Positions 54,803 to 64,000 of a stretch of DNA of 64,000 bases are shown here, one piece after another. Within the stretch, counting starts at the first letter, position 1, and every line of letters starts with the position of its first letter. A program made the translations under genes and the position numbers. The notes under the pieces were generated by a model. It did not search any database. It was not told the origin of the DNA and saw only the letters and a list, made by a program, of their open reading frames with translations. Location of the stretch: assembly GCA_000091205.1 (NCBI GenBank), contig AP006499.2; one strand, given 5' to 3'. This DNA is from Cyanidioschyzon merolae (Eukaryota).

Positions 54803-55972
54803 ATGTCGACATTGTTCATAAATATACACTACGGAACATATATCTACCAGGTTCCACAAACAGGATTATGCGGAAACAGATCGCCTCGTCGCGTTCTGAA
54901 CTGGCGACAAGTTTGTACACCGCGAAAGCCTCAGCGGCTTTCAGGTCGTTATGGATTCGCTTGTGCGCTAAAGAGCCCGCGCTCAAGTTCAGCGTCGCGT
55001 GGTTGTGGTCTCATTTTCTGGCCTGTGCACTGGGAGTCTTGGAATGGCGCCTGCACCCCTTCATCTTCATCGTCCACGACTTGCTTCATGATTGTACGGC
55101 CTACGTCGAAGGCAGTCCCGCAGCGGCAGTTTGTGTCTGCGCTTGTAGAGCAGGTCCAGGCACTGGCTGCGGTTCAGCCTGCACATCGGCGTTTACGAGA
55201 CGATCGTGGTAACCGATTTTATCTCTTTGAAGGACCGGAAGCGCGACCGCTGCCCTCCGTGACATCAGTGCTATCCACGATTGCGAAGCCGGCGCTCACC
55301 ACCTGGAGCCGAAACACGGCGCTCGAGGCTATGCGCGACGCGCTTCTTCGCAAGGCCGGGAAGAGCATCACCAACGAGATTCTGGAACAGGCTCTGCAAG
55401 AAGCGAAGCAGCAGCCACGAGCACTGGCGGGGCGGGCAGCGCAGCTCGGCATTCGCGGACACGAGGCCTTCGGTCGCGTATTGAGCGGTCTAGGAGCGAG
55501 CAAGCCTGTAACTGCAGAGCTTGATCAGACAGTAAGCAACTTTGAGCGCTGGTGGAAACATTCTGGGTATGTGCTAGCGTGCTCAGAACTGGTCGTGCGG
55601 AGTGAACGCTATGGATACGCTGGCCAGTGTGATGCGATTGCAGTGCGGCTGAACGAAGCCGTCCGAACAGCGGACGAGTCATCATCGCGACCGAGCGCAA
55701 GTCTCGCGGTCTTCGATTGGAAAACAACCTCAGCCATTTATTCAGAGTATGCGCTCCAGGCGGCTGCGTATGCAAAGGCGTTGGAGGAAATGAGCCACGG
55801 TACGTTACATGTACACGAAGCGTGGGTCGTTCGCTTCGGGAGAATGGACTCTGAGCCGTGTTTCGAAGCACGCCAAGTTCGTGATATAAGCGCTGCGTTC
55901 CTTTGCTTCCGCGCTGCGCTCATCCTTTTCAACGAGCTTGGCGAGACACTATACAATGATAAAGGTGGCTGA
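54803..55972 (+). CDS. MGME1-like PD-(D/E)XK mitochondrial-type exonuclease, up to 389 aa (an internal ATG at 55088 would give ~294 aa)
   Basis: The C-terminal ~270 aa resemble mitochondrial genome maintenance exonuclease 1: PSVTSVLSTIAKP (cf. PSVTRIL), ERWWKHSGYVL, GYAGQCDAIAV, the PD-(D/E)XK core VFDWKTTS (cf. VIDWKTSEK) and EYALQAAAYAKAL. The first ~95 aa of the maximal ORF are low-complexity and may be 5' UTR or presequence. Confidence 0.5.
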   Translation: MSTLFINIHYGTYIYQVPQTGLCGNRSPRRVLNWRQVCTPRKPQRLSGRYGFACALKSPRSSSASRGCGLIFWPVHWESWNGACTPSSSSSTTCFMIVRPTSKAVPQRQFVSALVEQVQALAAVQPAHRRLRDDRGNRFYLFEGPEARPLPSVTSVLSTIAKPALTTWSRNTALEAMRDALLRKAGKSITNEILEQALQEAKQQPRALAGRAAQLGIRGHEAFGRVLSGLGASKPVTAELDQTVSNFERWWKHSGYVLACSELVVRSERYGYAGQCDAIAVRLNEAVRTADESSSRPSASLAVFDWKTTSAIYSEYALQAAAYAKALEEMSHGTLHVHEAWVVRFGRMDSEPCFEARQVRDISAAFLCFRAALILFNELGETLYNDKGG

Positions 55973-58900
55973 CCTTTGTTGGTGCATCCCTTGGTGCGCT
56001 TTCGTAGGGTGCGAGGCGGCGACGCGGTTCTTTTTGGAGCTTGTTCTGATTGTTCACAACGCGAGCCAAGTTCGAGCGTTTTTGTTTACGTCTCTATCGA
56101 GCTTTGGCAGCGCGATTGCGGTTCAGAGGACCGTAGTATATATAGAGATATTCGTTGGACGCTCGTTGTTCATGCATGAAGTGCGCACACGGCTCTTTCC
56201 AGTCTAAGCAGGTGACGCTGCTTGCAGGGTTCGGGTAGCCTCCCGTCGCGCCGGCGATCGTTCGATGCACCCAATGTGCGTTCCTTCCGATTTGGAAGAA
56301 ATCATGCTGGTTGATGATTTTTTTTGCAGACGATCCAGCTCTACGCGGCGATAGACTCGGCTGATCACGTCACTAAATACAATCCACTGGATATGCTGCA
56401 TTCCTGCTGATTAGGGCTGTCGCTTCCTTGCAATGCTTCTATGATTATTCTAAAGTTGCGCATCGTTGAATTCTCCGTGATGCAACGATCCAGAGACAGA
56501 GCTCAATATCCATACACACGTCTCGAATGGAGCCGCGGGGTCTGAGAAAGCCATCCGCTGGTGCTGCACAGAATCCCGGCCTCGAGGGAGGCCTCTTCAT
56601 GGAGCGCAACCAGGATGGCTTATTAGATTCTCGCGGTAGACAGCTCTTCATCCTGTGAGATATTTCGCTACAGGTTGATAAGCCGTTTTTCGTCAACCCA
56701 ATCTACTGCTCATGCACTTTGCGCACTTCCATGAGCGCCCAGAATGCACGTTGCCCCTGCTACAAGGGCGACCTTCTGAAAGTCAGCCAGCGCACCTGTC
56801 ATCAACACCACACATCTCAATCGATCCATCGGTATACTTTCCAGTAGTATCGCATGGAAGAACCTTAGCGCTAGAGCGTAAGCACTTCGCGGTCCTCACG
56901 TGTCAATGCTGGTTCGTGGGCGCCGCATCGCTCTTTGTATAAAACAGAAGAGCAAAGAAATGTGCCACACTGGTGTGCTTTTTTGGAATCCCTCGTACAA
57001 GACACATGCCTCGCTTTTTAAGGCTGGGCTTGCCCTCTATTCGGAGCAGGCAGGACGTTGCCTCATGGGATGCAGACGGCATCCAGTGCCCATGAGTAAA
57101 AAGAACAGCATCGAAGCACTTACCAGCAGCCATAGAACAATTTCTTTCCCCTCTCCTGGAGGCATTGAAAAGGGTGAAAGGATCCCGTATTTTCAAAAGT
57201 TTACCTCATGGGCGGAGGGGGCCCGCGAGCTGGACGAGTCTGCCGGGCTCGTGCTTCATGCTCGCCCCGGTGGCGGGTGCCTTGACGAGACCCGAGCAAC
57301 TAGCCCGCAACGCAGCTCACTCCGGGACTGGCGGTGGTTAGGCTGTGTCTGAGCGTCAACTTGGTCGCGGTAATCTCCTCGTATATCGCTTTTCGCTGCC
57401 GCAGGCAGTAGGTCTGTGTGCGCAGCGTGCAGGTTCCCAGAATGATGATGAAACCCGATTCTGTGACTAGTGAACCGCACCTCGAGTCCACGCCCTCAAT
57501 GATATGGTAAAGACGTTCTCTCTCCGTGCTAGGACTGTATTGACGCTATATGCTCTATCGAGGAGGATCAGGGCAGGTACTCGGCGCACGATAGGACGTA
57601 CGATAAGACCTGCACATCCGAGTGGAAGTATAAGTAATGGAACTTTAAAGTTCAGTGTAGCAGATTGGAAGCGTTCCCGAATGTCAGTATCCATCCCGCT
57701 GTAGGGAATCCATGGTAAACGTAAACGATTTTTTTGACAAAAATATCTGATGCCCTCACAGGCATTCGATTGCTGTCTGTAGCCGATAATCGCCGGCCTA
57801 GTGCGCAGCACCTGCATCCCAGCGCGATGAGCGGCGCTCGTAGGGCCGGCATCCTCACTGGTTTAGCAAAGCAGTGCGTGTGTTTCCGTGGTGCGTCAGC
57901 AAAAGAGCAGCAGGCGCCTATGCGGGCGTATATGGCATATTTGGCGCCTCGGTGAAGCCTGTGAGCGAACCAGTCTCTCAAAAGCCAATTCTGGGATGTT
58001 CGTGGTGGTGGCGGCCAGTGTACCTTTCAGCTGTGGAGCGGAATGATGGACGCTCTCCGGCACGCCGATAGCTATCGCGCAACCGAGGCTGCCTGGCCTC
58101 TGTAAACGTTCCGCCTATGAAAAACCTTCGCTGCAATACGTTCCTTCAGGCAGGCATTGCTGACGAGCGCTATTCTGAGAGGTCAGCTCGCGCCCTGTAA
58201 AATTCAAGCGAGTACGATATGCGCTACTTGATGGATCCGATATCGGGAATCGCACCACTAGGCTGTGATTTAGCAGTGGCGCATACTCGCTTTTCGAGCA
58301 ATTTGCTGCCGTGTTTCTCATTGCCAGCGCACTTTCAACTCCTATTCGAGTGAATTTCTAGCGAAGCGACGGCTACACGTTGCATGCATGGATACAGATG
58401 ATTGCTTGACACGAATTCTGCCCTCGGCCGTGTGCAAACGCTGTTACCATGGAGAATTTCCTACAAGTGTCCATGAATACCACTGCTTCCGCATACGCTC
58501 TCGGTAGGCTTTGAAGAGATATTTTTTTCACAGAGGCTTCCAAAAGAGCATTCTTCGTAATTCCTCATAAAACAACGACACCATCGGTGCGATAGTTCAC
58601 GCTTCCGCGGAAATCCCATGCCAAATTCCAACTTCTGTGCCGCATGATGAAGGCCGCGCCGGTGGCCATCGCTGCGGCAGTGTGGAGCGGCCCAGTTCCG
58701 GCGAGCACGAGGGAACCACAAAGCCGCTCCGCCGACGAGCGGAGGCCAAGCAACGACTGCAGCGGTTGTGGCGGCATATCCGGCTTTCTAGCCAGCGCCG
58801 ACGTGAAGCCCTGTCATCCAGTGAAACCGGCTCGCCGCATCCTGGTTACGCCTCCGCGCCACTGGAAGACAAGTCCCGGGTGAGTGATGCCTTGAGGTGC

Positions 58901-59167
58901 ACGGAGCGATTTCGGGCTTGTTCAACACGGTTGCTAAAAGGAGTCAGGCATCTGGGGCATCTCGATGGGGTGTACCGTTCGCCGCCCATTCATCATCGCA
59001 AAAAATAGCGGTGACAGCATGCCCTGATCGCCTTGCGCATTGGAGAACTTTTGAAAAGGCGTATGGAATTCTTTCGACTCAAGTGTGTCGCACCCGTGCT
59101 GCGTGTAATCGAATGCTTTTTGGAATGATTAGAATGCGACCGGTACCCAGACGCAATATACCGTATA

Positions 59168-60506
59168 GATCGTAGACGAATTGCCTCTAGGATATATTCT
59201 GTACTGCACAGTGCAAAGGAGGACTTCATTGCTCCCTCAGATCAGTCATATTACAATACTCAGAAGGCCGAGGAGCACCGAAAGAAACAAAAGTATGCGA
59301 TCCTTGCGAAATACGGAAAATCGCAAAGCGCGCTTGCTGTCAGTGGTGGAAAACGACCCGTTGAGCGCGTTACGTAAGGCAAAAGCGACGATCGTAGCTA
59401 CTGCGGGCGTCCCTGTTTCTCACCAGCTTGTGCGCCAGTTCCTGAAAGCATTAGGATACAGTCGCAAGAAAGTGTTCTACTTCAGCCTGCAGTCAACCCC
59501 TACCGATATTGCAGCTACGGTGTTCCTGGAATGTCCCGATTGGTATGAGGCACCGCAACGTCGCTTTATTATTTCAATCGATGTGACTTCCCTCTGACGA
59601 AACGGTCGGAGCGTACATAGGAATTCGTGATGCAGGAAGCCCGTTGTGTGCCCAATCCATTTCGAGGAGATCGAGGACATCATCTTTTTCTAGCTACCGT
59701 GGTCTGATTTAGCGGCCTCAGTTTCAATCGTAGAAAAGAATCGCGCAACAGCGCAAAGCCCTCTTTCGAATCACAGAAGACGTTTCACTCGATGTCTGAC
59801 GATGTCCTTCCACTGGACAGCATGGTAAGCCACCATTCCCATTGCGTTCGAGCCGTTCCCGCTCCTATCGGGGTACAGCTGCTTTTCATTCCTCCGTTCT
59901 GTCCGTGGTTCGACCCCACCAAAGCAGTACTGGCTATCGTGAGACTTGATGCGCGCTCCACTGGGAGCATCGCTGAATCGCTCAGCACAAGGTGACAAAC
60001 CAAGGTACTTCGTGTTTCTTATGCAAGTCCTTTTCTTTTTCCGGAAAAGGACTTGCCTATGGGCACAGAGTAGTGCGTTCATATGAAGAAATGAAAATTC
60101 TATAAGATGAGCCACGGTCTACGCTCCAGAAGGCCGAGATGGAACTAAGCCAGCATAGCGCTTCTGTGATAGAAACGTACGGCGAGCTGACAGAGCAGCA
60201 CTTGACACAGAAGGCACGAGTTCGAGGACTCCTTGCACTGACGAATCCAAGCAGTTGCAAGAAACGCATCGAATTCGTGAACGGGGACTCCAACGTTGCT
60301 ATCGAAATCAGGAGATAGGCGATGGTGAAGACGAGGCCCGAAGAGCGGATGCAATCCATCTTCGTGAAGCACCCTCTAATGCTCGAAGTGTACAGGGATA
60401 AACTGAAACCGATAGCAGGCAACCGGTCAAAAAAGGGTGGGAGGCATCTGCAGGTGGATATTCATCTACACCACACGGGCGTGAGACATTGTTCGTTTCA
60501 CTGATC
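59168..60506 (+). mobile_element. degenerate Tc1/mariner-superfamily (DD~34D, mariner/pogo-like) DNA transposon relic, copy C (1339 bp, best-preserved copy)
   Basis: The left end is gatcgtagacgaattgcctctaggatatattc and the right end is ...cattgttcgtttcactgatc. ORF 59181..59597 encodes a Tc1/IS630-type HTH: LLSVVENDPLSALRKAKATIVATAGVPVSHQLVRQFLKALGYSRKKV (cf. ENPFxSxxxIAxELxxxVSxxTVRRxLxxxGLxxRxxRKKP). ORF 59792..59995 encodes catalytic-domain remnants DDVLPLDSMVSHHSH (the DNAxxH block) and, 32 aa later, LLFIPPFCPWFDPTKAV (the PPYSPDLNPIE-type block). C-terminal remnants are ...EMELSQHSASVIETYGELTEQHLTQKARVRGLLALTN...VNGDSNVAIEIRR. All parts are in different frames, so the copy is non-functional. 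Confidence 0.65.
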
Positions 60507-60617
60507 GCTTTGCAGATGCGACCAGATCGATACCCGCCTGTATTTTGACGTTGTTTTTTGTCTTCATAGCTGCGCAAAGCGGTTTTTTTGTTTCTGGGCG
60601 AGCAACGTGAACGACAT

Positions 60618-61178
60618 ATGCCGGCAGCTACAAGAAACAAGTCTGGAAAGGCGGGGCCCGCTAGCAAAGCCGCTGTCGACCTACACCCTGACTCCAAGCC
60701 TGAGCACAAGACTAGCAAAGCCAACTCAGGTGACTACCGTGACGTGGTGGTGAAAACTGACGAAAACCAGGAAACGAGCCTTCGCAAACTAGCTGCAACT
60801 GGGCCCATAGTGGTTTTTCTCGTCCCCAAAGCGAACACGCCTGGCTGCAACAGGCAGTACGAGTCGTACACACGCAACTACGAGCGGTTTACTGCCCTAG
60901 GCGTTCGCTGCTTTGTCCTTAGCAAAGACAAGCCAGAGGCGCTTGCACGCTGGCGGGCGAAGTATCAGAGTCCAGTCCCTGGACTCTCGGACCCGACACA
61001 GAACCTCATTGGAAAACTCAAGGCTCGCAAACCACCCGCGAACACAATTAGATCACACTTTATTTTCGCAGAGGGGACCGCGGACAAGCTCGCAGAGGCG
61101 ATTCCAGTCTCGCCTGACAAGTCATGCGAGATTGCGCTCAAGTCCTTGGAAGAACTCGGTATAAAGAAGAAAGCCTGA
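60618..61178 (+). CDS. BCP/PrxQ-type thiol peroxidase (atypical 2-Cys peroxiredoxin, nuclear Dot5-like), 186 aa
   Basis: ATG at 60618 (the track start at 60588 is TTG). A Lys/Ser-rich N-terminal extension precedes the AhpC/TSA fold, which carries the peroxidatic motif VVFLVPKANTPGCNRQYESY (cf. YPKDxTPGCTxE) and the downstream block LSDPTQNLIGKL (cf. LSDxxxxVxKxxGV). Confidence 0.7.
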   Translation: MPAATRNKSGKAGPASKAAVDLHPDSKPEHKTSKANSGDYRDVVVKTDENQETSLRKLAATGPIVVFLVPKANTPGCNRQYESYTRNYERFTALGVRCFVLSKDKPEALARWRAKYQSPVPGLSDPTQNLIGKLKARKPPANTIRSHFIFAEGTADKLAEAIPVSPDKSCEIALKSLEELGIKKKA

Positions 61179-62376
61179 GTTCTTAGACTATGTCCGATGT
61201 ATTCTGGGCGACTAGCGTGGGCAGATGGTGAAGGCCGCGTTCCGTGCCGTCCATAATGGGTTCGGCGGTGCTCGTTTCCGTTCGCCATCAGTAATATGCC
61301 TCGCTCATTACCAGAAGATGAGCATTTTGTGCTCTGCATGCTCGAGAGACGCTGGGATCTGGCGAGACCCCATCACATTCAGAGAGAGAGAGAGCACTGA
61401 CCCCGGTCAACCTGCCGATGACTTGGCGGTGAGCGCTTTGGCGCCGGCCTGGAGCGTTCAATAAACGATGTATCTTTCGCACCGAGTGCTTGTCATGGAC
61501 ACGAGCGAGCGGTATCCTGCAGATCTAGGCCAATGCACCCGTTCATGGTACATGGATGCACGCACCATCAACGTTGAAACAAATCCACTTCGATGAACCG
61601 AGTCAAGTTGCGAATGGAACGATACGCCTGCGTACAGAATACGCCCGAGAAACCGATAGCTTCCTACTTTCCCGCTCACTCAACTAGTCAGCCGGATGAT
61701 GCACGCCTTGTTCAGCCGCGTCACGTCCTGCACGTCTGCCGCTTCGACCGGCAAACAGTACGCGCTGCACGCATCGTCAGCGCTAACAGGTCGCTGCGGT
61801 CTGCCAGCTCCAGCCCAGCTCCAGGTGTCACGTGGACGTTCCATGCTGTCAAGATTTTCAGCTCCAGTTGTCCACACGTCCAGATGCGGAGCCTCCGCAC
61901 GCTAGAGCTACCGACGATTTCGTTCTGCTGCTCATCGAGAAGGCCCCCCGCGACCCAGCACACCTCAGAACTACACGTTCCCGTTCATGTGCACAGGATG
62001 TGGCAAAAGCGATCAAGCCTTGGTGTCGGTCTACAGCGGTACGAGCACTGACGATGTCCTAGCACGCTGGCCAAAAGCGTCTGTTGGGTCGTACTCTACC
62101 CTCGCGCATGTCTAGCATAGACATACCTTCATGGAGCGAAGAATGACGGCCCTTGGACTTCAAAATTCAGCGCACGGCACAAGAGCGAGGCGGGTGCGAT
62201 CGGCACTGCGGCGACGGAGGCGCTCAGTGGAGGCTTGGTGCCCTCCTGAGCCGTTTCACGGCGTGGTGCACTGCAGGACGCGATCTCAGCTTTACAGGGG
62301 GACATTAGTGTGTGCTTTCGACGAACGCTGGGGTTCCTTGTGAAAAGCTTACGTGTTTTTCGAAGCAGTTTAGAGC

Positions 62377-64000
62377 ATGAACCCTGCAAGCAGACCAGGC
62401 TCGTTACCGCAGGGCGAGCAGCGCGGTGTCGCTGGTGACGGCACACAGCGGCGAGTGGCGGTCACGGCGCACGAAGCGGCACCTCTGCCGAGGCCTGGTA
62501 CGGGTCCATCACCCGCGGACTATGCTACTGCGTCCGCTAGTCGGTATGGGGCAGCGTACGAGCAGCAGCGTTTGTCGGAAAGGTCCACGTTTCGGCAGCA
62601 ACAACAGGCTTCCGCAGAGTCGCACGGTACCGGTAATATGGGGCAGATATCTGAGGCGCAGCTTGCTCGTAACGTCTCCGATCAAGCTGATCAGGTTACA
62701 CAGCGGCCGGGGCGCTCCTCTGCCTGGTCGAGTGAGGCTTCCTCGCAAGGTAATGGAACGGCATATACAGGTGCAGGGGCGGCTATGGGCGCAGCGCCGC
62801 CTCCACCAGGTCGCCAAAGCGTTCTCCCAACGCCACAGCAACCACAGCGGTCGCCTGCGGGACTGTCATCACGTTCTGGGGCGTATGAGGCAACTGCGCA
62901 CTCTGAGTCGGCGTCGGCTCTGGGACAAGCGTTGCCCCCACAGAGAATCAGCCCAGAACGCACAGCACCACCCGTCAGGGGCAATATGTCGAACACGATG
63001 GCATCCGACGCTCTGCATGCATCTGCCGCAGATATCTATGGATCACCGCGTCGTTTTGATACACCCAGTGACAACCAGGGGGCAATGACCACTGACCCGA
63101 GAGCTGCTGCTTCAGCTCTCGCGTCAAACAGTATACCACGAGCGGGAGTTGCTCAAGGTCTACAGGCCCGCCCGATGCCGCAGGGCACCGATTCGCTGTC
63201 CAGCGATGGCCAGCATTCCGCTGAAGGCGGAAATCCTACGAACAGCGCACATACTGGTAGAGCTGGCGGGTACGTTCCTGCTCCATTAGGGTCGAGCGCC
63301 TATACAGGGCGTGGTGTAACGGCAGCGACACTCGAAGCAGGACAGCACATGGAGCATCAGCGTCCGATGCTGATATCGGATCAGGGGCGCTCGAACCTGA
63401 GCCATCCGAGCGGTGCACCAGGCGATGCGAGATACACCCCACAGGCTGCTACATCCCAGTGGGCGACAACTGGCTACGGAGTCGCCGACTCGATTGCTTT
63501 CGGTTCCAATCATGGCGATAGCGCAACAGCTACGGCTGTGCAGCATCCATCGGGGATTCGTACCGGACCGGATACGGCAAGGGGCATGCCCTCTGCACAA
63601 CCGGTACCTGGTTACCGTGCCGCAGCACCTACTGTACCGCACCTTCATCCATCGATGGATGCGTCGATGATGAATGGCGCATCGCCGGTCGCAACTGCTA
63701 CCAGTGCCGGACATGGAACCGCGGCGGGCAACCAGTATACAGAAGTTAGCCAGCGCAATACGGTACCGTTTTCGTCTCAAGCACCGGCTGTAATGCCTCG
63801 AGCACCGCCAGGTGGACCCTCTGGAGGAATCACCACCACAGTGTCGCCTCCAGGCCAGAATCGTGTCCCGTCATTTTCGAATCCGTTGTCGATGGGTACG
63901 TCGCTTTCTGCTGGCGCCAATGCGCTGGGATCTACCACGAGATCAACCATCTCATCCGGATATAGCCCCGTCGGATATGCTAACCGACCTGTACCTGGCG
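62377..64000 (+). CDS. Ser/Ala/Gly/Pro/Thr/Gln-rich low-complexity (intrinsically disordered) protein, 5' partial of a longer gene; >541 aa within the window, no stop before the window edge
   Basis: ATG at 62377-62379 follows an in-frame TAG. The frame then stays open for 1.6 kb to the end of the window, which is why it is absent from the ORF track. The composition is dominated by S/A/G/P/T/Q with scattered Y, R and M (e.g. GAAPPPPGRQSVLPTPQQPQRSPAGLSS..., ...VSPPGQNRVPSFSNPLSMGTSLSAGANALG). No globular domain is visible. The length of the open frame in GC-rich DNA argues for real coding sequence. Confidence 0.4.
   Translation, partial: MNPASRPGSLPQGEQRGVAGDGTQRRVAVTAHEAAPLPRPGTGPSPADYATASASRYGAAYEQQRLSERSTFRQQQQASAESHGTGNMGQISEAQLARNVSDQADQVTQRPGRSSAWSSEASSQGNGTAYTGAGAAMGAAPPPPGRQSVLPTPQQPQRSPAGLSSRSGAYEATAHSESASALGQALPPQRISPERTAPPVRGNMSNTMASDALHASAADIYGSPRRFDTPSDNQGAMTTDPRAAASALASNSIPRAGVAQGLQARPMPQGTDSLSSDGQHSAEGGNPTNSAHTGRAGGYVPAPLGSSAYTGRGVTAATLEAGQHMEHQRPMLISDQGRSNLSHPSGAPGDARYTPQAATSQWATTGYGVADSIAFGSNHGDSATATAVQHPSGIRTGPDTARGMPSAQPVPGYRAAAPTVPHLHPSMDASMMNGASPVATATSAGHGTAAGNQYTEVSQRNTVPFSSQAPAVMPRAPPGGPSGGITTTVSPPGQNRVPSFSNPLSMGTSLSAGANALGSTTRSTISSGYSPVGYANRPVPG

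Noticed and set aside
59915-59945. tRNA-like T-arm (gtggttcgaccccac) inside copy C
   Set aside because: Only a 4-bp stem is possible, no acceptor, D or anticodon arms can be drawn, and it lies inside the transposase remnant. It is not a tRNA.
1-64000. Prokaryotic or operon interpretation of the window (the ORF track uses bacterial start rules)
   Set aside because: The hallmark eukaryotic proteins (P0 with stalk tail, L17, UGGT, Yip1, CANT1, receptor kinase with signal peptide and TM, organellar presequences) and kb-scale intergenic spacers with minisatellites show this is nuclear eukaryotic DNA. Starts were reassigned to ATG.

Overview
This is GC-rich (~58%), intron-poor eukaryotic nuclear DNA. 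Dense, mostly uninterrupted long CDSs, a 60S P0 protein with the EESDEDLGFGLFD tail, a TM receptor Ser/Thr kinase, organelle-targeted RRF, UGGT and a CANT1-type apyrase together point to a stramenopile/oomycete-like organism, though the lineage is not certain. The ORF track calls GTG/TTG as starts, so I re-anchored CDSs on in-frame ATGs where I could read them directly from the sequence. I can support about 17 protein-coding genes: ZIP transporter, RPLP0, INSIG-like membrane protein, Methyltransf_16 lysine methyltransferase, cryptochrome/photolyase, apyrase, receptor kinase, UGGT, mitochondrial-type RRF, Yip1, RPL17, PNPOx-like FMN protein, rhodanese, MGME1-like PD-(D/E)XK exonuclease, BCP-type peroxiredoxin, and several hypothetical proteins including a partial low-complexity protein at the 3' edge. 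The most interesting non-genic content is a dispersed family of three degenerate ~1.33-kb Tc1/mariner-superfamily (DD~34D/pogo-mariner-like) DNA transposon relics at 6.5 kb, 40.3 kb and 59.2 kb. All three are in the same orientation and each ends 0-160 bp upstream of the ATG of a plus-strand gene. Other non-genic features are a truncated and frameshifted 4-aminobutyrate aminotransferase gene fragment, several promoter-proximal minisatellites (a 92-bp x9 array carrying CACGTG boxes, a 65-bp x3 array carrying TTCCGGAA heat-shock-element-like palindromes upstream of UGGT, 123-bp x3, 68-bp x4), and a CATG palindrome that supplies the start codons of two divergent genes. I found no rRNA or CRISPR arrays and could not support any tRNA. 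All homology calls rest on motif recognition by eye and need database confirmation.
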